Below, in pieces: positions 12,926-24,140 of a stretch of 64,000 nucleotides of DNA (its first letter is position 1; each line of letters begins with the position of its first letter). The notes beneath the pieces are model-generated. The model saw only the letters and a program-made list of their open reading frames with translations, had not been told where the DNA came from and did not search any database. The stretch covers positions 3,969,050-4,033,049 of the forward strand of contig MU058781.1 in the NCBI GenBank assembly GCA_013265495.1, in the 5' to 3' direction. Source of the DNA: Vicugna vicugna (Eukaryota). The position numbers and the translations under genes are program-made.

Positions 12926-14289
12926 GCATTTATAGAGTACTTTTTGTAGGCAGCAAGGCTTTGGGCCACTGGGCTCCTTCCAGCCAAACAACAGAGTGAG
13001 CACAGATTCTGTAGTCCCAGCCGGCGATTGTGGAACAGAGAATTCAAAATCTGGAAAGTCCAAGTCATGTGATTATCTACACCAGTTTCTTGGGTCAGGC
13101 CTGTGTGGGTATTGATTCCCTCAGGTGTAGAAGTAGACACCTGAATATCACCCATCAGAATTATCGTAAGGATTCAGCGGTGTGACGTGTGTGTGTGGTG
13201 AGTACCCCTCAGTAGATGTTACTTTCTTTGTCTTTCAGGTCCTAGTGGAATGTCCTTTCCCAGGCACTGTTGGTATCTGTTCTAGAAAATGAAACCGTTA
13301 AAGATGCTCAGATGCTTCTGTGCACGAAGCACCCCCATTGGCATCGCGCTTAGAGATGAGCACTCTGCTAACTCAGCTCCTCCTCGGGCAGCTGCTCACA
13401 GATCTGTTCGGGTGAGGGAGACCTCTCCTGGCCTTCCTCAAAACCATCATTTATGTAACCATCCCCAGGGCTACAGACAGCTAAGAAGTGAGGAAAAGCA
13501 AGCAACATCTGGTGTTAAACAAATACCATCATCTTACAAATGACTCATCTCTGGGAGAATGATTCGTGCATATGCAGAGCAGAGGGGAGTGAACACCAGG
13601 ACCCGATACTAGAAAATCAACACCTGAAAGGCTGTTGTAGGACCTCCTGAGAGCTCTACTGTGTCTCCAGCTAAATGCCATTTTGGGAAAAAGAGAAAGT
13701 GCTGGTGTTCATAGCTTTTAGTCACACTGGACAGGATGCCCAACTCCTGCTCTCTGTTCTGAAGAGCAGAATTCTGCCGACAGACAGCTTGAGAATGGGT
13801 CCGTGTCTGGGGTGGTGAGTGAGCTTGTGTGGTCCCCACGAGCATCTCTTGGCCTGCTTCCTCGCCCCCCTATTCCACGCCAAGACCATTCCTGTTGTGC
13901 TGCCGCCGGTGCAGTTGGGAGCTCTTCAGACCTTCTCAAGCATCATCCAGACAGTTAAGCATGTAAATGGCTAAGACAGATGCTTTATGACTTGCCTGGT
14001 TATTGTGGATGTCATACCCCCAAAGAAGAAAAATATTAATGAATCGTTCTGTAACACTTACGTGACTCCAATTAAGCTGTGATGGGAAGGGCCCGGAGCC
14101 AAATGGCGATGGAGAACTTTGTCACTGGCATCCGACTGTTAAGTCTCTCTCCTTTCAGCATGATCTTTTTCTCTCTCAACTGAAATCTGTCTTCCAGCTT
14201 CCTGTGAGGCAACCAGTCCCTCATGCTGACCCAGGCCATCAAGGATCCTCTCTGCAAGATTCCAGACAAGGCTGCTACCACCAAATGTT

Positions 14290-14560
14290 GTATCCTCTGA
14301 CATAAATGACAGCCACGGATGTGTTCAGTTTGTCTTGTGTAGTGTTTTAAATGAAAATTAATGGTTTGCAGCATTCAAGAGATTTCATATAAATATCTAA
14401 ATTCTCAGCTTCTCTGGGGAAAAAAACCAGAAAGATTTGGCAAGACTGGGTTAACATTTTCACATTAGCAACAACTGGCTGTTCCTTTTAGATGGGCCGT
14501 GGCTGTTCACTTTGCCGTGGACCCCACTACTCCCAATTGCCTCCCTTCTCACATGATCAA
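14290..14560 (-). mobile_element. hAT-Charlie MITE relic (MER102-like)
   Basis: Reverse-orientation motifs similar to 6760-7050 (gagatttcatataaatatctaaattctcagcttc). Confidence 0.4.
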
Positions 14561-17500
14561 ATTGATTATCAGGAGCTGTGAACAGGGCACTCCAGAGTAG
14601 CTGTTACTATAACACCAGGAAGTCATCCTATGTGGTGTGGTTTCTTCATGTTCCCCACGGGAAATCGTGTCATCTGCCCCCTTCCTCCCTCACAGATGTG
14701 CAACAGCATCTCTAAATGCTTCTAGTTTCTCAGAGGAAAAAAAGCCGGCAAGCCAGAAAAGTACAGAAATAAGAGTCCTTTCTATTTATTGTGTTCATTA
14801 AGTGAACAAATGAGCACATCACTGGAAAGTACAGTGACTAAGAAGTAGCCCAAAGGGAAAAACCTAATGGGGGAATTTTATTAAAAAACATAATTTACAC
14901 AGCCACGCTCTGGGTTTCCCTCTCAGCCTCTCGGTGGTTCTCAAAGCCCCTGGGAACAGCTTGAGTGGTGGAAAGTGTATTTGAAGGTTCTATCGGCTTG
15001 AGGGCGGGGCTGTGGGAGGGAGGCCTCCCAAATCCTGTGGCCAGCTGATAAGAGCTCTCCTCACAGGGCTGTTTGTGGGTCATGAGGTGCTTGGCCACAA
15101 ACCTTGACTCTTGGCAGGGCTAGACTGTGGTAGATTTGTTGGCAAGATTAGCTCAAGTGCATTCTTTTCATCCAAAAACCCTTCTCTGGAAAGGAGGTTC
15201 ACGAGGCACCCTGGGGGCAAAGGAGGAACCCCGCCATTCTTTTTTTATAGGACTTCCTCCTCTGTCACGTGGGTCAACCCAAGAGGCGAGAGTCTGGGTG
15301 GAGAGAGGAGTGCCCAGCCCAGCCACCATGGGCTCTGCGCCCTGCCAGCCAGCAGCAGTCATCCGATGAGCTCCTCCTTGTCAATCATGAACCGCTTTTG
15401 CATATTTGTGATGTGCTCAGCGTTTCATCAGAAGTGTGTTCACTGGCCCATCCTGCAGGACTTGCCCTCAAAGGCATGTTTTACTCCCTCTTCCCTTTTC
15501 TCCTGGTCCAGCCTCCCCCTTCTCTGAATCCTGTCCTCACTAGCCCCTCCGCTCCTGGTAGAACCACCCTCAGCCTCCGCATGGCACACCCCTCACCCCC
15601 AACCGTGGCCCTGGGGACAGAAATTGTGTCGTGTTGAGAGACAAAGCGAGGTCCCCTTGGAGAAAGAGTGTCCTCCCACAGACCCTTCTTGAGAACAGTC
15701 TTTTCCTACGCGCAACTTACATGCTGCTTAGTGATGTTTAAGAGTGCACTAAAACTTCCTCCCTTCCGTGCCCGTCCCCCAGAAAGCCCTGCCCAGGGGG
15801 TAGGTGAAGAGAACTGGGGTAAATCCTCGCGCCTTCTCCTCCCCGGCCTCCAAACCCCTCCCAGGTTCTCCAGGGTCTGAGTCCCAGCGTGAGGGCACGG
15901 CGCTGGCAAGTTCTCTCAGAGACGTGGGACCGCAAAGCCTCAGTCCCGGTGAAGCTGCCTGAGAAGGGAGGGCCTGAGGGTCAGCAGACGTGGGAGCGCC
16001 TCGGTTGTCTCTGTTTTCGGCCCACGGTGAGCGCCTGCCCGCCGCGGCAGTGAGCACGGGTAACCACAGCGCCTTCTGATGATTTCGGGTTTTTCTCTTT
16101 GTAAACACGTGAAGGTGACAGCTAGTGGTTTCAGAAAGATAACACGCACTTCCTCGTGTTCGTTTTTCTTTTCTCCTTCCAGCCCATCTATGAGCTCGTC
16201 TCACTTGTTGAAGGAAGACCCCAAGGTGGGACTTGGAGTGTTGCTGTCCCATCCACTGCCACGTCCAAGACACACTGTTACAGTAACGTGGCCTGTGCTG
16301 CTTGAGAGCAGTTCCTAAGGCGTGGCCTTCTCAGAAGTGTGTTCATACCTCAGTATGAGGGGCTATCTAGAAGATGGGGAAGAATCTGGTAAGGTGAAAA
16401 CCCACGTGGGTAATTCAGTGGGTTAAGAGGGAGTTTCTGTGAAGTCACACTTTAAGACTCTTAAATAATAGGTTGGGCAGTTCTATTTTCAGGAATACAG
16501 TTTTCTGTGTAATACAGCACACCCCCCCCCCAACCGTTGGCAACTTTCTAGAAATAATGAATAAGCCTAGCTCGTGCCTAGCCCTGCCTGTAAGAGATTA
16601 CAGGCAATCTGGAAGAACTGCCATAAGCCTCGTGAGCTGACCTGGGACTTCTGGGCTGGGAAGGGGGAGGAGGACGGAGGGGGTGCAGGTGGGAAAGAGC
16701 GGTTGTTTGGGCTTCAGGACTGACTGGGGAGTAAGGAGCTTAGACTTTAATACCCAGCAGGCCCACAAGAGGAAGCCTGAGCCCGAGGAGAGTAGAAAGT
16801 TGGAACTGAGAGCACCCTCCCACCCCCCAGTGTAAGGATGAACTGAAAACAGTTGCCTTCTCGCCCGGAGAAATGACAAGGAAGCTTGCTTTTTATTGTT
16901 GTTTGTTGCTGTTGTTTTTTAAACAAAAGCCTCCCCTTAAAATTTATCATCGCCCTCACAAGGATGTGCTATTTAAATTTAAATTATTAGTGTGGTCCAG
17001 GACATACCCCTCCAAGAGATAAACATAAAATGCTGTCATAGGCTACTACTGCTTTTGGGGGCACCTGGTTGAAACAAACATAAGGAAGGAAACAAGCAGA
17101 GAGAATGGAGGTGAGGGAATATTCCAAGAGAATGAGTGAGAATTTTCCAGAACCTGATGAAAGCTATGAACTTCAGCAGGTTAAATAACACAAAATTCTC
17201 TACTAAACACAGCACAACACAGCATACCCCAAACAAGACCAAGCAGAAACACAAAAGCTTAGAAGCACTTGCAGATAATTAGATGGGTTGCCTACAGAAG
17301 AATGAGTATCAGATTGTCCAGAACTTGGCAACAGCAACGGTGGAATAGCATGGAATCATATATTCAAAGTGTTAAGAGAAAACAGCCATCTACTTGTAAC
17401 TAAATTATCATTTAGGAATATAGGCAAAACAAACGTTTTCAGACAATGAAAACAAAGATTTACCATTAACAGATCTTTGCTGAAAGAATTACACAAGATT

Positions 17501-17758
17501 ATACTTCAGAAGACACTGACCCTAAGAAGAAGCAGTGGGATGCATGATACTTGTTAAATGTGAACAAATATTTATCATATAAAAAGGACTAATTGAGGAG
17601 TAGAAAGGTGGAATGAAGGTCTAGGTCACAGTACTGTGTAAGCAGGGCAGGGGATGAGCGGAAGTCAGGCAGTCAGGCATTTTGGGGAGAAGGGTGTTGA
17701 TTACTAATTAACTTTAGACTTTATTAGATAGACTGTGCTTATTAAAAGTTGGGTAACG

Positions 17759-18160
17759 TTTACAAGAGCCAAGACATGAAAGCAAACTAAACGTCCATCG
17801 AGAGATGATTGGATAAAGTGGCTTTGATTTCCGTATTCAGCAGAATATGACTTAGCCATAAAACAAGAATGAAATAATGCCATTTGCAGCAACATGGATG
17901 GTCCGGGAGATGATCACACTAAGTGAAGTAAGGAAGACAAAGGCAAATTCTATCCGATACCACTTCTATGTGGAATCTAACAAATAGTACAAATGAACTT
18001 ATTTACAGCACAGAAACAGGATCGCAGACATAGAAAACAAATTTATAGTTACTAAAGGGGAAAGGGGGAAGGGACAATTTAGGAGTTTGGGATTAGCAGA
18101 TACACTCTACTACACATGAAATAGATAAACAACAATGACGTACTGTATAGCACAGGGGGA
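17759..18160 (+). mobile_element. Younger L1 ORF2-end/3' UTR fragment nested in the old L1
   Basis: tttacaagagccaagacatg...gccatttgcagcaacatggatg...tactgtatagcacaggg, homologous to 62325-62730. Confidence 0.85.
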
Positions 18161-20337
18161 AAAATTTAAATTTAAAGCTGTATAAAGGTTAATTACTTAA
18201 GATGAGAAATTGTATAGCTTTCAAACTAGCAGAGAACACTACTGAATATAAAAAGAGTCATCAATATAAAATAGATGTAAGAGAGAATAAAGAAGCAGAG
18301 GAAAATCAAGTTAAGATTGAAGCATGGAACAAGATGCCTGAAATAAACTCAAAATAGCAGAACACAGAAAAAAAAAGTAAAATCAAACTCACTTCAAAAG
18401 ACAGTCAGTAGTCAGTTGGATTAGAAAAATCTAATGATATACTTAAAAAAATAGAACATACAAAGAAATATTGAATGTAAAAATATAGAAAATACTGGCA
18501 AAATATTAGCCCAAAGAAAGTGATGTGGTTATAATAAGAGTAAACAAGATTGTCTTTGAAGTTAAAAAGGAATGTTACAGGGAAAATGGTTACTAAAGAA
18601 AGAGGAAGAAGGAACAAATGCACTGGGAAGAGATCATAACTTGCAGGCACCTAAACATAGCATCAAGTTACATGAGGCAATAGATTGATACAATTCCAAA
18701 GATAAATGAGCAATTTCTTAGTTACAGGGGAATTTTTGGACACATCTCTTTTGATAACTGACAGTTTATGTGACAAAGAGTAAGGGTATAGAGTTGAATA
18801 ACACACTGAGCAAGGCTGATCAGCAACCCATGTGGCAAATGAACGTTCTTCCCCCAAACCCATGACACATTTACCAAAAGACCGCATATTAGGTCACAAA
18901 GCATTTCCTGGTAAGCAGCAAAGAATCATATAGACCACATTTTGAGCATACCCAACTGCTAGACATTAGCAGCAACAATTCAAAGCAAACCACATACTTG
19001 GAATTTTGGGGGGGATCCCTCTAAATAATTTATGACTATAAAAGTGTTTTAACGGAGAGTCTAAGAACAAATTGTTAACATTAATAAAGTTCAGCAAGAT
19101 GGCTGGCTATACAAAAGTACATTTTTATTCACTGTCCTTGAGTAATGAGAAGAACTTCGTTTAGAAAATATACATCTGAAAATAGCAACCCAAAATATAA
19201 AGGTCCCTAGTAATAAATCTAACATAAGGTGTAGAAAACGTTTATGTATGAAATTTAAAAAAATTCCTGAAGACCTAAATACATAGAAAGATACTCAGTA
19301 TTGATGGATTTGTAGAATCAATTTCTAAAGGTGTTAATTTTCTGAAATTTATGAATTGAATGTGTTCCTATTAAAATTCAAATGACGTTTTTTGAGGCTC
19401 ACAGGTTGATTCTAATATGTATAAGAGCAAAGAAACAAGAATGCCAGGACAGTTTTGAAGAGGCAGATCAACATATCAGGGGCTCACTCACTCCTTCATC
19501 ACAGCAAGACTTAAAACTAGTTCAATTAAGCAATAAGGAAGTGATATCAGCACAGGGAGAGACAGAATAGAGCCCAGAAACAGGTCCATACACATATGGA
19601 AGTTTGTATCTAACAGAGATGCGATTTCAAATCAGTGGGGAAATAAGGACTTTAAGCAAGAGCGCTGGAACAACTGGTTATCCATATGGAAAAAATAAAC
19701 CAGATCCCTACATCAAACCATATTCAAATGGATTAAAGACCTACATCTGAGTAAGCATGACTTTAAAAGTTTGGATGAAAATGAAAGAAAATGTTTTTAT
19801 GATCTCAGGGTAGTAAAAGATTTCTTAACCGCAAGACCAGAAGCACAAACCATGAACAACAACAACAAAAAAAACTGCAATAAATTTGACTACATTAAAA
19901 TATTAAAAAAAAGATCCTTTTACACATTTAAAGTACCATAAAGTGAAAAATATGAAACTTAGACTTGGAGAAGCTCTTTGGCACATACTTAACCGAGAAA
20001 GGATTTGGCCCAGAATTTATAAACATCTCCAATGGAAAAGGCCCAATGACAATGAAGACACCAAGTGACTTAGAAACATAAGAAAGGATGTTCCTCCCTC
20101 CTAGTAATCAAACATCACATAAATTAAATAAAAAGGAACTAATATTGCATACTCATTAGATTGGCACACATTCTGGAGAACAGAATGGCAATATTTAAGA
20201 AAGGGGTGGGATTGCTGGGCTAGGAGGTTTGAACATCCCCAGCTCCACACCATTGGTTATAACCATGAAAAATTGGAAGGAAGCTTAAATGTCCAGGTAT
20301 GGGATCTAGCAAGGGACAGATGCTTAAGAATCTATTG

Positions 20338-20423
20338 AGCACCCAAGCCCCACACCTCGTGGCCTTTCTCTTGCCTTTCAATGTATCTCTCTGAATAAAT
20401 CTATCTTCACTCAAAAAAAAAAA
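20338..20423 (+). mobile_element. Short polyadenylated retroposed insert with 12-bp TSD (LTR R-region-like)
   Basis: TSD AAGAATCTATTG at 20326-20337 and 20424-20435; AATAAA 20394-20399; A-run from 20413. Confidence 0.85.
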
Positions 20424-21635
20424 AAGAATCTATTGCATACAAATGTGTTTGATTCTTTTATTTTCTGTACTTATTTTGTATGTTTAAAAATTTTCCTAAT
20501 TAAAAAATTAGCTTGGTGGGGGCTTGGGGGGAAAGGTACTTACACATAACTAGTGTGACCGTCAATTGGTACAGCCACTTCCAAGGGCAAATTCAAGTGT
20601 CACTGTGATGCCATTCTTTTGAAGCCCCTGAATGGACAAAGATGGACAGGTCTGATAACAGTTTGCCCTGGCAAAAGAGAGGCACTTAATACACTGCAGG
20701 TGGGAGTGTAGATTGAGGCTGCCTCAATGGAGGTAATTTTGGCAATATTTAACAAAACGGTTAATTCCCTTTGACCTGGTACAATTTCCTCTAGGTATTC
20801 ATTCTAAGAAAAGATGCCATATTAGGGCAAAGTTTTATCTACATGGAAGTTCATCGTAACAATCACAGCACTGTTTGTAATAGTAACAATAATAAAAGAA
20901 ACAACTTGGTATTAACACTATCTAGATTAGTAACCATAGACTAATCCTTCCTGAAGCTATCTGATTGGTTTTAATTTATGGTACAACTGTGCTGTGGAAT
21001 ATTATGCAGTCATCAAAACGATGCTGTTGGATTTTTTTTTAATGATGTGGAAGCTCTTGCAAAATATTAAGCTAAAATAAAGTAGGTTCCGAAATATTAC
21101 ATAGGGTATTCCATTAAAAATACTTATCTATGCACTGAAGCAAAGACACCAAAATGTTGCCAGAGGTTACTTCTGGATGGATAGAGGTCATTTCTATTCT
21201 CTTCTGGATTAAAAAAAAAATCCTTCTCATAAATTTTCTGTGTGTATAATCTTCATTTTTAATAGGAGACGTTCTCCTTTGCCGAAATAAACAGGTTGGA
21301 TGACAAGGACGGACAACGCCAGAAGGCAGGGGGCCAGGTATGATGAACTGCCGGGTTCTTGGGGAAGCACAGCGGCTCTTATTATCACAGAATCTGGAGA
21401 AGGGCGAGGACCTGGGTTCCCAGTGATGTCCCCACAGGCAGGCCAGGCGATGGGGAAAGCTGCTCATCCATCCTCTCGGGATCTGGTTTCGCTTCGGTGC
21501 AGAGGACCTAACAGCCTCGGCTGGCCTGGCTCCTGGCTGTTTGGCGGGTCAGCGAGACGGTGTCTGGCGTGCGCGCGCGGTTCGCCGAGCCTCGGGCGCG
21601 GTGCGTTCCGCGGGGATTGTTGTCATCGCGGCCCG

Positions 21636-21670
21636 GCTGCGGCGGCAGCAGCGGCAGCAGCGGCGGCGGC
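21636..21670. repeat. (GCG/GCA)n trinucleotide tract in the promoter
   Basis: gctgcggcggcagcagcggcagcagcggcggcggc. Confidence 0.9.
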
Positions 21671-21738
21671 TTGGGGCGCGGGCGGCGAGCGCGCCGCCGC
21701 TTCCGCCGCCCGCGGGGATCCCCCGGGACCAGCGCCCG

Positions 21739-21748
21739 GGGAAGTCCC
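21739..21748 (-). promoter_or_regulatory. NF-kB site (GGGACTTCCC on - strand)
   Basis: Matches GGGRNYYYCC ~60 bp upstream of the ATG; CD83 is an established NF-kB target. Confidence 0.8.
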
Positions 21749-21806
21749 GGTGCGCACGGGTACAAGAGGAGGCGCGGCGCGGCTGCCCCAGGCGGCAGCC
21801 CCAGCC

Positions 21807-21843
21807 ATGGCGCGCGGCCTCCAGCTCCTGCTCCTGAGCTGCG
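21807..21843 (+). CDS. CD83: CD83 coding exon 1 (signal peptide MARGLQLLLLSC)
   Basis: Kozak context GCCATGG at 21804-21810; donor G|GTAGGG at 21844; phase 1. Confidence 0.96.
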
Positions 21844-21935
21844 GTAGGGCCCGAGGACGCCCGGCGCCCCCCGCCCGCCCCGCCGCGACACCCCCTTTTC
21901 TCGCTAGCTCACGCCGCTCTCTCTCCCTCTTGCAG

Positions 21936-22051
21936 CCTGCAGCCTGGCGCCCGCGGCGCGGGAGGTGAAGGTGGCCTGTTCGGAGGATGTGGACTTGCCC
22001 TGCACTGCCCACTGGGACCCGCAGGTCCCCTACGCGGTCTCCTGGGCCAAG
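21936..22051 (+). CDS. CD83: CD83 coding exon 2 (end of signal peptide, N-terminal IgV: EVKVACSEDVDLPCTAHWDPQVPYAVSWAK)
   Basis: Polypyrimidine tract plus TTGCAG acceptor ending at 21935; donor AAG|GTAAGC at 22052; 92-nt intron 1; IgV Cys and Trp present. Confidence 0.97.
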
Positions 22052-23435
22052 GTAAGCGCGGCGAGGCCGGCGGGTGAGGTTTTGGTGGTTTCATTGGAGG
22101 CAGGGGAACCGCCTTCCTTGGGCTGGCGACCCTCTGTGGTTGGGAGGCGGAGGCGTCTCCCGTAGCTGAACTCGGTCCCCGGGTCTCCCCACACGCCTCT
22201 TCCATCCCCGCCACGAGCCCATCCGCATCCAGGTGCCGGCTGACTTAGATTTCATTCCCGCGGGGACCTCATTCCTCTACTTGCCTCTAAAGGTGGCCTG
22301 AGATGAATGAGCCAAATAAGACGTTTTGGAAGAGCAGAGAACCTCTTATTGGGATAAATTCCGGAGGCCACCTGTGGTTGTGGCCAGCGGGCCAGGGAGA
22401 AAGCAGCTAGGGTGGATTTGACATTGGACGCGAGGAGTGTCCCCGGCTTTCTGATTTCTGGTATTTTGTGACGGGGATGCTTATACATTTGGGGAAGGGA
22501 GAGTGGGCAGTTTGAGAAGAAGGAGTGAGACAAGTGTTTCTTAGGTGGTAGTTATCTATCAACCAACCTTTTTCTGGTGCACCCTTGGCGTCCTCCCCTG
22601 TCCTCCCCTGCCCCTGGCTGCTCCTCCCTCGGGCCGTCCTGAGAGGTCCAGCAAGGAGGGCGCCTGGGATGGTGCATGAGAGGGGTCCCTGCATGTAAGA
22701 GCAGTGTCACTGTCCCTACTTTCAGAGGACTGAGTAAGATTGAGGCTTTTTTTTAAGGTTTCCTGTCACCTGGAACCTGTTCAGATTCTAAGATTGCGAT
22801 TTTGGTGGCATTGACAAAGCCGAGCAGCCACTGGTTTTTTTGTTCACTCCCTTTCATGAGGTTAGTGCCACAGTGGCACCTCCGGGTGGAGCCCAGTAAA
22901 TGTGGTATCTCAGCCTTACTCTGTGGCTCCCACTGATTTGTCATCTCACCTGGCAGGAAATCTCTGTGTGTTTGTAGCTCTCCCCCGAATGCTGGGTTTT
23001 CTTCTGGCCACCATAAAAAATGCTGTAAGAACCCCTCACAACTATCTGGCTGTTCAACAAGGCAGCACAGGAGCATTCTCTCTTTGTATGTGTCTGTATG
23101 TGTGTGTCTTCTTTCGCAACCAGATTGTCAGTACCGCTCCCAACCCACTCCAAGGACAGTGCGGCACCACTGCCTTTGTGTACCATGCATGGCACCCCAG
23201 TGTTCACCCTGTTAATTTTGAAGGCACTCAGTGAATTCAGGCTGGTGTTTTGTGATTATGCACAGTGGCAGTGGTCCTGGAGCCTGGGGGCACTGTGCTG
23301 TGTATGAAAGTAGATTTCTTATTATTGCTACTTCATTTCCACCTTATTCACTGTGGGATCAGAGAACACAGAAGTTCCAAAATTGTCCCCTTGTGAAAAC
23401 AATAGTATTTAAACAAAAATATTGTAAGACCAATA

Positions 23436-23660
23436 TTATTTGAGTACTCACCATCTCCCAAGCTAGGAGCTTAATATCTACATGCATTAGCTGTTTCAAA
23501 CCTTCCAGTGGACTTAGAGGTCAGTACTATGACTGTTTCTACATTACAGGCGAGGAAACTGAGCCTTAGGGAGTGAAATAATCTGTTCACTGTTACGCAG
23601 CTGGCTAAACGGGTGAGTTAGGAGTTGAACCAAGTAGTCTCACTCTACAGCTTCAGTTCT
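23436..23660 (-). mobile_element. MIR SINE (intron 2)
   Basis: ttacaggcgaggaaactgagccttagggagtgaaataatctg...ggagttgaaccaag. Confidence 0.8.
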
Positions 23661-24107
23661 TAGAGGTCTATCTTGTTATTTCTGTTTTCTGCCTTAATTA
23701 CTTGAAGTAAAGAAAATGAAAGTGTCTTTGGGCTAGCCAGGCACGGACTTCATTATCTAAAAGAGAGGGAAAAACATGAAACCATGATCCCTTCCAGAGA
23801 GTAATTAAAAAAAAAAGGAAAATAATATTAATATCCCCAGGGGAGTAATTAAAAAGTACTTATGAAAGGAATAGATGAAATTTCAGACTGTAAAGTTCAA
23901 ACAGTTGTCAAGTTAAATCTTCTTGCACAAGGTCGTTTGGAATGATGCAGTAAACCAGGGCAATTAACCTTTGGCGTTTCCTTGGCTGTCAGCTGATGAT
24001 GTAACTGTATAGTGTATGTGCTTGTTTGTTGGACACAGTTCTTGCAATCTTTACCAAGAAGGTCTCTCCAAACTCTGTTAAGAAAAAAGACAGTGGGCTG
24101 TTGGGAT

Positions 24108-24140
24108 TCTCTCTCTCTCTCTCTCTCTTTTTTTTTTTTT
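24108..24140. repeat. (CT)n(T)n microsatellite
   Basis: Directly visible. Confidence 0.9.

Larger units (their letters stand above)
17040..21260 (+). mobile_element. Large degenerate L1M relic (ORF1, ORF2 and 3' UTR pieces) ending just upstream of the CD83 promoter
   Basis: A-rich + strand with L1 motifs (aatcatatattcaaagtgttaagaga; agttcagcaagatggctgg; cagaatagagcccagaaacag; caactggttatccatatgg); many stops and frameshifts. Confidence 0.85.
21490..22265 (+). promoter_or_regulatory. CpG-island promoter of CD83
   Basis: Very high GC and CpG density across exons 1-2; GC-box-like motifs; kappaB-like sites GGGGATCCCC 21714-21723 and GGGAAGTCCC 21739-21748. Confidence 0.92.

Noticed and set aside
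21300..21968. 222-aa ORF in frame with the CD83 ATG (169-aa N-terminal extension with poly-Ala)
   Set aside because: It runs through the GC-rich promoter, where stops are scarce, and into intron 1. An extension would bury the signal peptide, and the ATG at 21807 has a strong Kozak context and matches the known N-terminus.
21508..22214. Several overlapping Arg/Ala/Pro-rich ORFs on both strands
   Set aside because: CpG-island artefacts with no recognisable protein features.
23794..23856. Direct repeat ccagRRgagtaattaaaaa x2
   Set aside because: Only two copies; a local microduplication, not an array.
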